Assembly: GCA_903813345.2 (NCBI GenBank)
Contig: CAIIXF020000001.1
Location: 15,686,001-15,750,000, forward strand
From: Owenia fusiformis
Taxonomy: Eukaryota
Length of the DNA stretch: 64,000 bases
Direction of reading: 5' to 3'
Shown: positions 26,601 through 38,900 of the stretch, one piece after another
Layout of the letters: every line of letters starts with the position of its first letter
How positions within the stretch are numbered: position 1 is the first letter of the stretch
Translations under genes and position numbers: made by a program
Notes under the pieces: model-generated
The model's input: only the letters and a program-made list of their open reading frames with translations
Told to the model about the DNA's origin: nothing
The model's database searches: none

Positions 26601-29004
26601 GAGTTATCTTCCGGACGGACAGACCGACGGATGGACGGACTGACGGACTGACTGACGGACGGAGGGCTTCACTATATCCCTACCGAACTTCGTTCGTTGG
26701 GATAATAAACTTCCATGTTAAAAACCTCCAAATGTGAACACCTGCCAATCTGAACACTAATGGCCAGACCCAGTGGTTAGACAGGTTTTACTGTATGACT
26801 ATAGTTGATGGAATTCAAGGGTGAAATGCATGCACAGCGTTTATGTCATGTTAAGCACTCTTTATCTTTCTCTAGAGATCCAAATCAAATATGCACAAAA
26901 GTACACTAACCATGCAGTACTTATCCGGACTCAATTTATTGGAACTTACTTCGTCTGTTGAATAGCATCATCCTCATAAGAGACAAGACATCTGAGTAAA
27001 GAGTCTAATGTGGCCAGGCCTATCAACTCAGTCACATCAAAACTCTTGCCAGTATCACAATTGCGATTCAGGTTTGTCGATAAGATTGTTGCAACTTCAT
27101 TATATATTTTAACATAGGGTTTCAGGACTCCAAAGTGAAATGCTGGTGTGAGAAGTCTTCTGTTCCTGAACCATTTTGGACCATTTGAAGTCAATAAACC
27201 ATGACCTGAAATAAGCAAAGCAGTGCGGTTTTTCTTAAAGAGTAAGTTTCAAATTCATTAAGGGATCAATGCTAAAACCTGTTTATGTACAACTAAACTA
27301 TTAGGAAATTGCTTAAAGGCAGAATCAGATCTATAGGGGGTGACAAAATTACAAGCAACTTGTATTTAATTGACCTACCAATCTATTCCTTACAATATCA
27401 AATACAATATCTCCCAAAAGATTCACAATATGTTATAAATTGGTTAAGTTATTAATGATTCAAAGTGCAAAAATGGGTGAAAAATGTTTAGATTCTCTCA
27501 AATAATAAGAATGGTAACCATTCTTATAGAAAAATAATACATTATTGTAAAAATCTTTGGTTTTCCTTGAATAAAGTATGCACTTTTGTGATTTTCAGAA
27601 AATAGACATGACAAGGAATGACATGAGCCAAAAATATTCTAAAATTGAAACAATTTTTTGTTTAGTCCATTCGCTATATCTGATTCTCTCTTTAATGTGC
27701 AGTTGATCCATTTTTAATACAGTAAAACCTGTCTTAGTGAACACCTCTCTCAAGTGAACACCTGTCCCTAGTGGACACTCTTCTTCTGCACATACTGTAC
27801 TCTACTGACTTCTTCATAAAGTATCCCCTCTGTAATGAACACCTATAGCACATAGAGTGAACACATTTTTGTGGCTCCATGACCATAGGTGTTCACTGTA
27901 CACACGTTTTACTGTAATTATGTTTTGACAATTAAATAACCTAAATTCATATGTGTTTACATCTTTGAATTTGAATATTTTGTGATCTCTTGGTAATAAA
28001 AATAAAGCTAAATATAAAAACCAGTATTTTATAACTTCTCATATGAAATATTACATACCTATCCATGGTACTACAATTTCATAGCCTGGAATTATCATTG
28101 GTTTCTCAGTGGTGTCAGTGTTCAGTATATCACGTATAGAGAGGTGGTTGAAAATGGCGACAATTGCTTGAAATGGGCCGGCCCATACCTTGACCCCTAC
28201 TGCATCCTTCCAGGTGTGGGCAAGCCTCAGGTACCATTTCAAGCCTTCAGCATTTAAACCAGGGTGCTGGAAAATATGTAGCCAATGTAGGGTATACAAA
28301 ATTCTGAGCTGTCATACCAACAGGACCGTTAACTCAAAACTGCCTGAAATGGTTGCGATTGGTCTGAGAAAAAGTTGTAATTTGATTGTTGAATGAACTG
28401 ACAGCCCTGAGTAATATGGGTAATAGAAAATGAACAGTGCCAAAACTGATATGACGGGTACCAAGAGAATGAGATGGCAGGAACCAAATACTGAGAAGAG
28501 ACACTAATTTTCAAACTTTTGCCAGTAGGGGCGCAGCAAGGTCTATAGGACCATGGGCTCTACCACCTGATAGAGCCCATGATAGGACTGAGATGGTACT
28601 GATGTTGAACCAACGTGATGGGCATCTTCGATATTTAAAGGTACAATGCAGCGATACCTTTTGGGATCAATTTCAATGACTGCATCCCACACTCTAGACT
28701 ATATCCTCTAGTCTGATTTTTTTTGAAAGTCAGATATACTATCCCACACTCCTTGCAAAAATATTTATGAAGTATCTGTACCAATCTGTTTGCAAACCCC
28801 CTAGGTACTGTACAGTATAACTTCAAGGTAATTTCTTACCTGATGAACATTTCCAAATAAGATGTGTGACTTTGGAAATGCTGATGGAACTTGCTCCATT
28901 GATTTGTAGAGTGCCCTGAGAGTTTGACATTTTGACAGCAAACTCTTCATTAGCAATAGTCCAAATATGACTATCAGTGCATATATAACATGTGTCACAT
29001 TCAT
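20549..29004 (-). CDS. CYP4: Cytochrome P450, CYP4 clan (CYP4F-like), 11 coding exons, 512 aa; complement(join(20549..20651,20813..20878,21100..21182,22462..22660,23526..23655,23996..24137,25158..25281,25612..25674,26950..27205,28059..28266,28840..29004))
   Basis: Exons total 1539 nt with consistent phases and GT-AG borders. Motifs: N-terminal anchor, GLLTSNGPKWFRNRRLLTPAFHF, QVDTFLFAGHDTT (I helix), KEVLR (ExxR), PERF, FSAGSRNCIG (heme Cys). Confidence 0.95.
20813..20878 (-). CDS. CYP4: CYP4 coding exon 10
   Basis: NCIGKNFALNELKV (heme ligand Cys). Confidence 0.95.
21100..21182 (-). CDS. CYP4: CYP4 coding exon 9
   Basis: EFKPERF...PFAYVPFSAGSR. Confidence 0.95.
21511..22338 (-). mobile_element. 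5'-truncated L1/Tx1-clade LINE (ORF2 C-terminal zf-RVT domain, 3' UTR, poly(A)) in CYP4 intron 8
   Basis: Open frame 22332-21718 (FTYKVLHRFLATN...CTFC...ETICHLLYEC); AATAAA then a ~22-nt poly(A) on minus; candidate TSD TGCTTT at 21511 and 22333. Confidence 0.88.
22358..22455. mobile_element. Short PIF/Harbinger-like MITE, deletion derivative of the 31026 family
   Basis: GGGGAGGCATC...GATGCCTCC termini, TAA/TTA flanks. Confidence 0.65.
22462..22660 (-). CDS. CYP4: CYP4 coding exon 8
   Basis: KEVLRMHTPAVAISR (ExxR), LHHNKKTWG. Confidence 0.93.
23526..23655 (-). CDS. CYP4: CYP4 coding exon 7
   Basis: HDTTTSAVCWTLHSLAGNQVWQDKVREEV. Confidence 0.92.
23996..24137 (-). CDS. CYP4: CYP4 coding exon 6
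   Basis: KHLDFLDIMLSARD...IRHQVDTFLFAG. Confidence 0.92.
24217..24563 (+). mobile_element. Non-autonomous Helentron-type element (HINE / pearl-like)
   Basis: AACTAGA start, subTIR gcaaatccc, (GACG/GACA)n microsatellite, 3' hairpin atccctccgaacttcgtttgatgggat. Confidence 0.7.
24560..25050. repeat. 19-bp minisatellite (AATAAAGCAAGTGACAGGT)n, ~25 degenerate copies
   Basis: Tandem units directly visible. Confidence 0.9.
25158..25281 (-). CDS. CYP4: CYP4 coding exon 5
   Basis: NIFHYSDTIYNLSSDGRLFRKYCDYVHQFAEDLIKQRR. Confidence 0.9.
25612..25674 (-). CDS. CYP4: CYP4 coding exon 4
   Basis: GIHPYVYALEELGRLSIKRA; 63 nt, keeps phase 2. Confidence 0.85.
25942..26706 (+). mobile_element. HINE / pearl-like element
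   Basis: AACTAGATAACGGCAACTCCGCGGAGTAGCAAATCCCAACGAAC start, (GACG/GACT)n, 3' hairpin complementary to the subTIR. Confidence 0.78.
26950..27205 (-). CDS. CYP4: CYP4 coding exon 3
   Basis: GLLTSNGPKWFRNRRLLTPAFHF motif. Confidence 0.95.
27317..27691. mobile_element. Kolobok-like MITE with TTAA TSD
   Basis: TTAA|AGGCAGAATCAGAT...ATCTGATTCTCTCT|TTAA; longer copy at 51576-52118. Confidence 0.7.
27720..27914. mobile_element. Tigger/pogo-like MITE (CAGTAAAACC...TTTTACTG, TA TSD)
   Basis: TA-flanked TIRs; related copies at ~26715, 37042, 43800, 46200, 48258 and 52418. Confidence 0.75.
28059..28266 (-). CDS. CYP4: CYP4 coding exon 2
   Basis: HPGLNAEG...VVPWIG, AG/GT borders, phase 0 to 1. Confidence 0.9.
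28552..28581. mobile_element. 30-bp P-like micro-element with 11-bp perfect TIR and 7-bp TSD
   Basis: ATAGGAC|CATGGGCTCTA ccacctga TAGAGCCCATG|ATAGGAC. Confidence 0.7.
28840..29004 (-). CDS. CYP4: CYP4 coding exon 1 (membrane anchor)
   Basis: MNVTHVIYALIVIFGLLL...FGNVHQ then GTAAGA; an acceptor at 29027 implies an upstream UTR exon. Confidence 0.88.
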
Positions 29005-29199
29005 GATCACTATGATGATGTTTTACCTAAAATCAAATGAGATTGTGAAGTTTGCTTTTTGCTAATAATAGTAGATCTAGATCTAGTATAGAAAACTCTT
29101 TAAAATTTAGGTCATAGAATTTAGAAATGAACATTGCTTTCAAGAGACAATTGAATTTTACAACTTAAATAAACAAAGCTCTACTTTACTGGCAATGTT

Positions 29200-29390
29200 A
29201 ATACAAAGCCACACCTACTATGGCTATATTCTCTAGATTTCTCCAGCCACGGAACACTGCATGACTGATACTTAGTCTGGCTAAAGTTTTGTAGTATTAC
29301 TGTAGAGCTAATTTGAAATGATTTGGGGCGTGTCATGTTTACATTGACTCGCTTTCGAAACAGGAAGTTAAAATGTAGGTAAAATTCTAT
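29200..29390. promoter_or_regulatory. Candidate bidirectional promoter for CYP4 and the PDZ-PH-PH gene
   Basis: Lies between divergent genes; GC-box-like GGGGCGTGTC at 29325, TGTTTAC at 29336, ETS-like CAGGAAGT at 29361, + strand donor TAG|GTAAAA at 29378. Confidence 0.4.
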
Positions 29391-29592
29391 CTTGTTTTTC
29401 TCTTATAGTTGATGTTTATTGTGTTCATAGAATGTTTTCAATGATATTTCTTGAAAAATTTTGATATTGACATGCCAACGGAGTCAATAGGTGATGTATG
29501 AAATGCTGATTTTGAGTATACCAGCACGTACCATTGTCACTGTGTACTTATTTTTTTTGAGCTCTCTGTCTCTTGAAGTTAGAGAGGAGATA

Positions 29593-29791
29593 GGGGCATT
29601 CTCGGCCACGGGGCATTCCCGGACAAACCCTTGGTATCAGGTGCAAATCTGGGACAAAGTTAGAATTTTTACAATATATAGCACCACATCTATAATATGA
29701 TGTGTCTAATACAAAGTTTCAATAAAGAAACCATATAAAACAAAGAATTATTGAAGATCGTCCGACAATGCCCCATGTCCGAGATTACCCC
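29593..29791. mobile_element. MITE, TA-flanked
   Basis: GGGGCATTCTCGGCCACGGGGCATT / AATGCCCCATGTCCGAGATTACCCC. Confidence 0.65.
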
Positions 29792-30161
29792 TATTTCCTC
29801 GTTGAATCTCTTTTTCCACAAAATCACAGACTGGATATTGGACTTAGAGCAGGCAGAGTTTCCAAGACTGAGATTATTCTAGGGATATCCGTCAAATATC
29901 ATCCAGTCGACCACCCTTCAGTTTTAGTATCGAGACCATCTCTACGTTCTGATGTTGGGCACATACAATTGTCATCTTTTAGCAAATCTGGTAAGAGGTC
30001 AAAGGGAAATTTTGATATTTCACGCTTTTTTCAAATTTTCTTTTTAAGTTTCCAGACAACACAGGAGCTACCATTGACCTGTTTCCAGGTTTACTTATAG
30101 TAGACAGTGTAATGATACTTTCTTAAAAAAAGCATGGAAATACATGCCTTCATACTTAATT

Positions 30162-30593
30162 ACCCAAATGCGAGTAGGTAGTTACCAGTTTCACCACCAG
30201 GTGGCTGATTCGGGTCAATTAACATGGCAGGTATATAAGAAAGTTCCCTTAAACTTGAATATTATCAATTTAAGTGGCTCAATTTTCATATAACCCTTAT
30301 GTGACTGATATTTATACTAATGAAAATATGTCCAATAAAGCAAAATATTATCTGTCCACCTAAAGAAAAGATATTTCATTTTTTGTGATTTTATAGCATG
30401 GGGTCTATGGGGAATCTCCCCGAGCTAGAAGTCACATTTTCAAAGAAAATTTATTTTTCAAAGTTGATAAACACTTTTTAAAACCACACTTCTAGATGTA
30501 ATTTTACATGTAGATTTCAAATATGATATTACTTTGACTGAATTTTGAATTTTTAATGACGTAAATCAAGATTATTTCTACTCGCATCTGGGT
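30162..30593. mobile_element. MITE with short TIR
   Basis: ACCCAAATGCGAGTAG / CTACTCGCATCTGGGT. Confidence 0.55.
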
Positions 30594-31025
30594 TATTTTG
30601 TACCAGAAAATAACATGTGCATATGGCAGTTTTTCCCCAAAATGTTGTTTTCCAGTTGTACCTTAATCTTTAAATTGGCTATATAGTCCAATTCAAAATT
30701 CTATTGAATACTTTGAATTTAAAAAATAAGCTAACAAATCCCCATGTTGAAACATAATATGAAAAAATAGAAACAATGAGTTTCACTTTATAATTATACT
30801 TGGTACTCTCTCTTAGATGTTTCCTTGTTTCAGATTGTTTATTTTACAGTATTTACATACATTATCTATCTGTTGTTTTTTAATGTTATTACAGTCTCTT
30901 TGTTTTCTTTATATACTCCATTAGATATGATCTAATGTTTGTATTCTGTTCTCTAGTAAGAGATTTATTCATTCCAGATAGTTAAAAGTATAATGTGCAG
31001 CAAAGCTGTAGCTTTTTGTTGTTTA

Positions 31026-31435
31026 GGGGAGGCATCAAAAGTTCGATGTCGGATCGGAAACTAAATAAATCTAGTTTTGACTCTGACCCCCCCTCCCCCC
31101 AAAAACTAAATACCATGAAAGTTGATCGCTGACTTCCGGTTCGAGAATTTGAAAAATTATTGCAAAACACGATCTAGTTTTTGTTAATTCCTATCGTAAT
31201 TTGCGGCTTTTAACAACTATTGATAGAATAGAATCGATTGGAATGATCTTGACAAAGAAACCATCAGGTAAAATCTTTATTTTTAAACCATTCCAAGGTA
31301 TTCTGAGTCGAAATTGCCAAAAATTTGAAATGTTGAAATTTGTCGGATAGCAAACTGAAATGGGTTTGAACCCCCTCCCCCCCTAACTAGATTTATTTAG
31401 TTTTCTATCCGACATCGAACTTTTGATGCCTCCCC
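31026..31435. mobile_element. PIF/Harbinger-like MITE with TTA TSD
   Basis: ~50-bp TIR GGGGAGGCATCAAAAGTTCGATGTCGGAT..., TTA on both sides. Confidence 0.82.
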
Positions 31436-31910
31436 TTAGGGAGTTTGGCCATGTTAATATTTTTGAAAATAACATGGCAGAGAAGCATGAAAATATAAGA
31501 TATTTTGATATATGATAATCAAACTACAAAACAAACCAAAATATACAAAAGTTACGCCTTGTATGAATGTTTCTATTTTTACATACTGTTTCAATATGGT
31601 CCTTTCCTTGCTTATTTTAAGTACTCAGTAGAATTATGAATCTGACCTAAGTATTTCAGTATACCTGCCATCAACTTGGGTTATTGTTTCCGAATACATT
31701 ACGAGCATTTTAACCTCAATAGATTCTATATGCAAGTGGGATGTCGTTTGTCAACACTAAAATCTGTCAAGCCCCTTAACAACAACCCTTGTCAAAATAA
31801 ACTTTTTTTTTTTGATTTTCAGGAAAACCATGTCTCCAGCATCTTCTATCTATTATACTGTATAGCTATGACTTGACTTACTTCATTTAACATTCATCAC
31901 TCAGGAAAAG

Positions 31911-32967
31911 ATGTCAGAGCAGAACGGACATTTAATAACTGTAGGCAATAACAAAAATCAACAATGTCGCCAGATTTCATATTTGAAAAACAATGTTGTA
32001 AACATCAAGCTTTGTGATTCAGAGGGGGATGCAAACACGGGCGATGACTGCCCTGAGTGTACATCTTCCCCTACATCTGCCCCTACATCACCGTACCTAC
32101 CAAGACAGAGCATAACTAGTATTATAACATCTGGTGACAGAGTAGGTGTCAGAAATCCAGCATTGTCTAAGATCAGTGTGAGTAATGAGGAGGTAGCAGC
32201 TATAGATAATGGTAGCACAACCAATATGCCGCCCCCTCTACTAAGGCGAGCTGTTTCCCTAGAGAAAAGAACTGATTCTGATGTGATTAGTTCTGTTGAC
32301 CCAAGGAAAGCTAAATCAGTGCCTGTATCACCAGATGTCTCCGTGCGTGGGGTGACATTCAGTGATGGTGTTACTGTGAATGGGGGACCTGTTAATGAGG
32401 CACATATACAAAGAGAAGCCTCACACAATAGCATGAGTGCACATGACAGTTTCAGAGCTTCAACATTCATTAAACAAAATTTTGATTTTCTCGATGAAGA
32501 AGATGATGATGATATAAGCAGTAGGGATGGAATAATTGATGATCTCCATGGTCCTGATAAAGATGTGAATGAAATTATACATACCAACAGCACCATCGAA
32601 CAACCCACACCAGGAGTGTCAACATATAGCAATTCACAAACTGATGAGCAAAATACAAACCATAGTAACTCAAATAATGAAGCCATAGAAAATGTAAATA
32701 ATGATAATGACATTAAGGATACTACAGTAGTGATTAGACAAAGGAAGCCACAGTCGGCAGATACGCGTAAAGTGAGCCAGATGGTGGAAGGATTTGAAAA
32801 CCGGGCCTCATCAGAAGTCTCCCCCAGGTCTTCCACATCAAGTGCTAATTCAAGTAGAGACCCTAGTATGTCTCCTGTGATGCGTACTAAGAAGATAGGG
32901 TCTCCACGGATGCGGGCTGAATCGCCTAGTAAGAGTGAAGAAGATGAAGATGATGATGAAGATGCAG
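31911..32967 (+). CDS. PDZ-PH-PH exon 1 (Ser/Asp-rich, disordered)
   Basis: 352 open codons, donor CAG|GTAAAA. Confidence 0.85.
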
Positions 32968-35900
32968 GTAAAACTATTTCCTAATGTTATCTCAAAACTT
33001 CTATTCTTCAGGGGTTTTATTAGCAGGCAAAAACAGTCAATTTCCCCAGATATTATTTATTACCAAAATCACATTGTTTTAGGAAACTGTTTCCATGAAA
33101 AATTATGATTCTGTCTTGTTTCCATTTTTGTGACTGTTGTCCTGAATTCTAATTTCTATTAAAACCCCTGGACTTTTTACTTCATATGACCATTCTGAGT
33201 CCATGTCTATCTTAAAATTATAATATTTACTGGAAGTGGTAAGAAAATTATTTCAGAAATGCATCGGTAGGTATATTATTCATGTTCCTTGGTTTCATCA
33301 TGGGCTTTCAACATCTTTTGATAGCCCATGGTTTCATCCTAGATTATTTACAAATGGTAATACGTGTACTAAGATTATGAGGATGGTCTAATACAAAATA
33401 CAGCTTTGCATTAGGCCACTCTATATCTCTGCCCGAGAAAAGGGTTCTTGTGTTATTATATTTTCTTTAAGATCTGAGGGATGAACCTTTAAATCTGAAT
33501 AAAGGCACTGACCTTTTCTGAGTTGTCACTATTCCCCATCATGATAAACCATGACATCTCAAATCTTCTCAGCCCTGAGATGCCATGATATAATGAGCTC
33601 GATTTGGCGATCCACGAGAGCCCAAAATTGAGGATTTTCGAGATCTTTCATCCCAGCTCATATTTCATCTAATTGAGGTCATAAAACTTGTGTAACTGTG
33701 CCTGTTGTAATATCTGCGGTTAAATACAATGCCTATTATGGAATGTATTGACATTAGGCAGATGATTACATGATAACAATCACACTTCTTGACAGTTATA
33801 ACTCTTCCCATCTGATGTGCTCAGATCACAGAATATGCCTCATAATATCAGAGCATGTTTCAGGTAAAACAGAAAGATGCTATGAGTATCAGAATGACTA
33901 TTCCCTGAAATGTATTCAACTGGTTAGATCCATCATATTGATTCATAATGTTTCCGTAGCTTTAGCTTCACCTTGATATCTCTGTCAGAAAATAAATCCC
34001 ATCAATTGATTGAGCAAACAAAATACAAAAGATATCAAACTTGTTGAAGCGTATTATGATTCTGTGAGACAAACATCAATAGCTTACCTTCTTTCAAAAG
34101 AAACTTCATCAAGGGCAATAAAATTGCCTTCCAAATGGGCATTGGCCATGGTGAAGCTAAAAAAATGAATGCAAGTATGGCAAAAAACTTAAATCCTATC
34201 ATTCCAAAGGTAAAGACATATCAACCCTATTTAGTATTTATCATATTAAATAATGAAATTTGACATGTGTAGGTATATATGCGGAGACTCACAGGAGGTC
34301 AACATGGCTGTTTATGGGAGATGAGGGGCATGAAGGCCAATCTGAGTCAGTTGATGGTGCGGAAAGTCTCATTGACAATATCTCTGAGACAGGAGAGGAT
34401 GAAGGTAAGGAAATTTTTAAAAGTACAAGTATATATTTTTAGTTGTCAATTTGTGAATGTTGGACAAGAGGTAGGTTTTGTTGTGAGTTTGAAAAGGATA
34501 TATCTGTGACAAAAAGCTAGAAAGAGGCAGTAGTAATAAATGGGCTTGACTTTATACTCTTAAACAGACAGTTGTATTGTACACATCACCCAAAGTCTCC
34601 ATTGACTAACCATATTACCCTCTTTAAAGATGATTTTACAGTTTAATGCTCATAAGATTTTGGCTGTCTCATTTAGCATCAATGGCATTTTAATACAAGT
34701 TTGAACGTGATCTATAGATGTTTTTTTATAGCATATGCCATCATTACATATTCTTATATTAAATCAAAAAATCTTAGATGCAGTAAAATTATAGATAAAT
34801 ATATGATAAAATTAGGTAGAACTGTTATTATATAGTCTGAAACATATTATTCAGGAATTCCAATGGCTGAATGGATGCTTACATTGAGTGGGAATTATGT
34901 TCAAAATTTTGTAAATGATGTATTCAATACTTGTAAATGAATGAATGTTTTTTATTTATGTTTATTCATTTCATTTTGAAGTGGTTTTATTTATTAAACC
35001 TCAAGCAGAACTTATTCAATATTTACTGAATGAAATCAATAAAAAATACCTTTCTTTTTAACTGCAACTTGTACATTTCTATATTTAATTTTTGAAATAT
35101 TTTAAATGACCAAACTGCTTATTAGTATTCTTAAACTTGTACATGCAGTTTTAGAAACCAAAATTTAATCCAACATGAAATATACTTTACATTAAAAGCA
35201 GTTGACACCATTTATTGTCTTATTTTAAAACCCTCTCTAGAGTACAAACTTATCCTACAGTTTCAATGGTGTTAAAACTACGGTGTAAATTCAGACTTGT
35301 TATTTGAGTGCATGTATCTAAATATGGGCATGTATGCACTTTGAATATTCAAGTTTAAGTCAATTGACATTTGTTTTCTTCCCAGATATAGTAATATTGG
35401 CTTCAAGTGAAGTTTACATCCTAGAATAGCAATGAAGATCTAATTGTATGCAACAATATCATTAATTATGTCACCACCACGAGTATTGAGTGTTTGTTGA
35501 CATACTGTTATAGTCTCCAACTTTTTTTGAATGGTGTTTGGCATCTGGCAGTCGGCAGTCAGCATTTGTCTTCTGTATTGCATTGTATTTTGTTCACCAC
35601 CATTGAAGGTAAGCAATACCTCTTTGGTATATCCTGTATATGTGCAGTTGTAATTTCCAAAATTAATCATGTAAGACAGACTCATTGAAGGGGAGGAGTC
35701 CTTTGTTCTTCTATATCCACCCATGCATTGTCTTACATACCACAGCCTATACTGTACGAATTGTGGACCACTCAAACACCCTCAAGTATTTTTATGGTAG
35801 TTTACACAAACAAGGAAATTAAGTATTGCCTGAACTGGGATCGAATCTGGGACCTATTGCGTAATTTGTACACATGCTACCACTGAGCTATACGGGTAAC

Positions 35901-38900
35901 AAATGGCAGTTGGTGACAATTTGCATGTTAATGTCTTGTACAATTTGTTTTCAGAGGATGCCTTTGACCCTGAGAGTCTTGAAAGTCAGGGAAGCAAGTA
36001 TGCTAAATCCCATGAGAGGAAGGAATCTACGGGGACCACATATTCAGAAATGGAGTATCGAAATCAGGTGCAACAACGAAAACGATATCAAGCGGTATCA
36101 AGGAAGGTGATCAAACGAATGGATAGCCAGCCTGAGATGTGGCAGAGAGATTCAATGAGATTCTTTGGTGAGTACTGAACTGTGTACAAGCTAGTTAATG
36201 TTAGGCCAAGAAAATAAGCTTCGTTTCTCTGGGCTAGTCACAAAATATCAAGAAAAAAGAGTTAGCTGAATTTGTGGGTCCCTTTTGAAGTGGCAGTTGA
36301 GAATCTTGGAAATGCTTATTTAAATGGGGCTATTATAATAATTTCCTATTTCTGAAATACACGTACATGAAAATTTGAAGTCAGAATACTGAATAAGCTT
36401 GAAATTGCACCATTAATAGGCTTGCAAACTTTTTTTTCCATTTAGTCACATTCACTCACATTGCTTGCCTTTAAATGAGTATTTGCATGTGTATAGGCAT
36501 TTGTGTGAATAAGCCTTTAAATGAGCATTTGTGCTTAAGTGCCATTTTAATATTAATACATTATATTTAATGTACTTTATGGAACATTTCTGTAAATGTT
36601 ACTTCCTCATACTCAATGGTAATCCTTTTTCATTCAAAGTTGGATTTCTTCATCTGATGGCCAAATAAAAAGTCATTCATGCTCAAAGTGCAAGAATATT
36701 TGAACAACGAGGCTTTCTTTGTTTACTTTCAATATGGCACACCCAGTAGCAATTTTGAAAAGTTTATAATGTGTAAGGTTAACGTGTTCTTATGGTTGTT
36801 TAAATATAACTGTTATTTTGATATGAGATGCATGTTATCTGAAGAGTGAGTTAACAGAGACATGTCCATAAAATGTACTAGAGATAATTCCTGTAAAATT
36901 TGAAGTGTGAAATGCCATCATTCTTTGGATGTGTGTGTGTGTGGGGGGGGGGGGTTACAGGTTAAAAAATAAAGATGGTAATTAATAAAATGATGAAATC
37001 GCCTGATTTTGATTTTTACTCAACATTGCTTCATGCCAATGTATAGTGTAAAACCTGTTACTGGATGAGCTCAGACCCAATTTTGGCTTATGGTATTGCA
37101 TTTTTCGAATTATGTTAATTATATGTAGTATATCATTTCTCAATGATTTTGAAAATAATAGGGTCTAGTTTTTCAGCCTCTTCGAATTATTGCCATTTAT
37201 ACCCCCCTGGCTACTTTTATGAGGGGGTACTAGAATAAGCATTAATAATTTCTGTCATATCCCTCCAATCACATTTATATTTCTAGGGATCATGTATCTA
37301 TGTATAGGTAGTTGCCATGACAAATCTAATCATGATTGGTCTTGTCGTTGCCATGGCAACAAAACTTAAGTGCGAAAAACTGTAAATATTTCAAATAAAT
37401 CCATCAGATCTTTAAAAGGTAAATGGCTGCTTATCTCTTCAGATTGGACCAACTGATATAAAGTTGACTTTAAAAACATATTTAACGAGTTATCAATAGG
37501 ACAACATAATAAAAATGATAAGGTAAATGAAATCTACGACTCTAGTCCGTAGTCATATTTTGTCACTACCATTCACAATACTCAAAAGTGGGCGTGGCAC
37601 TTTCAGGTAACAATCCTAAGTAACTTCTGTTATCTACCTCCTATCACATTCATACTTTCAGGGAGTATGTATGTGTATATAGTTAATTGATACAGCAAGT
37701 TTGATCATGTTTGGTGAAATGGTTGCTATGGCAACACAACTTATATGCAAAAATGTAGTTATTTCGAAATGACAAGTAAATTACTACTAATCTCTTAAAC
37801 CAATCAAAATAAAGTTGTGTTTTCTATAAAACAACATGATTCGAATGATTAGTTAATGGTAAATGGTTGCTATGGTAACATAAATGAATGGCTTTGTTAA
37901 TATACTATTTTTGGCTTGTGTACTGTAAGTATTGATTTATAGATATATAGTTCATTTGGATTGATTTTTGCATTGTTCATTGCTTTTCTTCCAAATCCAG
38001 TTTTAATGCCTATGCTACGTACTACATTTACAACATTATGTCCTTAACTAATTATCTTAACTACATATTAATATCTAAAGGTAACTGAACGAGTAACTTA
38101 ATGACATGTTTCATCATATGTCAGTTATTTAGACTTCTGTACTCAAAGCCTTCAACATAAGCAACTACTGATTTAATAGACTGCAAAGAAATCAGTTTAC
38201 TCACTTAATACATCAACTGTATTGATGGACTCATCAGCATCATTGATGTTCTCATTTGCTTTACCAAGTGCTTCAGCAGCAATCTGATCAGCAAGTATGT
38301 CAATCAGCTCATTTGGTATAATGGGCTGAGATGACCAACTAGGTTGCAGCCCTTCGTTGGTCTCCTTCCACCCGTGAGCATTGGGATTTTCAATATCTGG
38401 TTTTGCTATATGAGCACTCTTCCATATGTAGGTTTGGTAGTTTGCACGATGTGTATGTTGCATTGGGGAATCTTTGCATGGTGGCAAAAGGGATAAGTCT
38501 GTCCCTTCATATGATATTGTCACATTTGATTTGGGGGTGTACCGCTGTTGGAACAGAGAACAACGTAACTTGTTAATATTCCTTAGCTTAGTTTTCTTGT
38601 CATACATAAGACATATGAAATGTTCAAGCTTATCCATCTGTTCTTTGGTTAACTCTAGAGTTGTTCCTAGAGAAATGAACAGGTGCAGGAATACTTTCTC
38701 ACTTTTCATGAGGCGCAGCGGCAAGCAAAGGCACTGGTTCAGTCACAATCAGGAAATGCATGGAATCCTGGAAGGGCCTCACCTTTTGTCACTTGTTCCA
38801 ACATCCATCAGTAATTTCTGTTTTAGGCCTATGTGACTCGAATATTTCATCAGGAGTAGGAAAACATCTCTATAAACAGAACGAACAACTAGTGGTTTAT

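Noticed and set aside
31958..32836. 292-aa minus-strand ORF
   Set aside because: Antisense shadow of the large first coding exon
35828..35896. Functional tRNA gene
   Set aside because: A and B boxes are present but the stems are degenerate and it is embedded in an insertion; better explained as a SINE head
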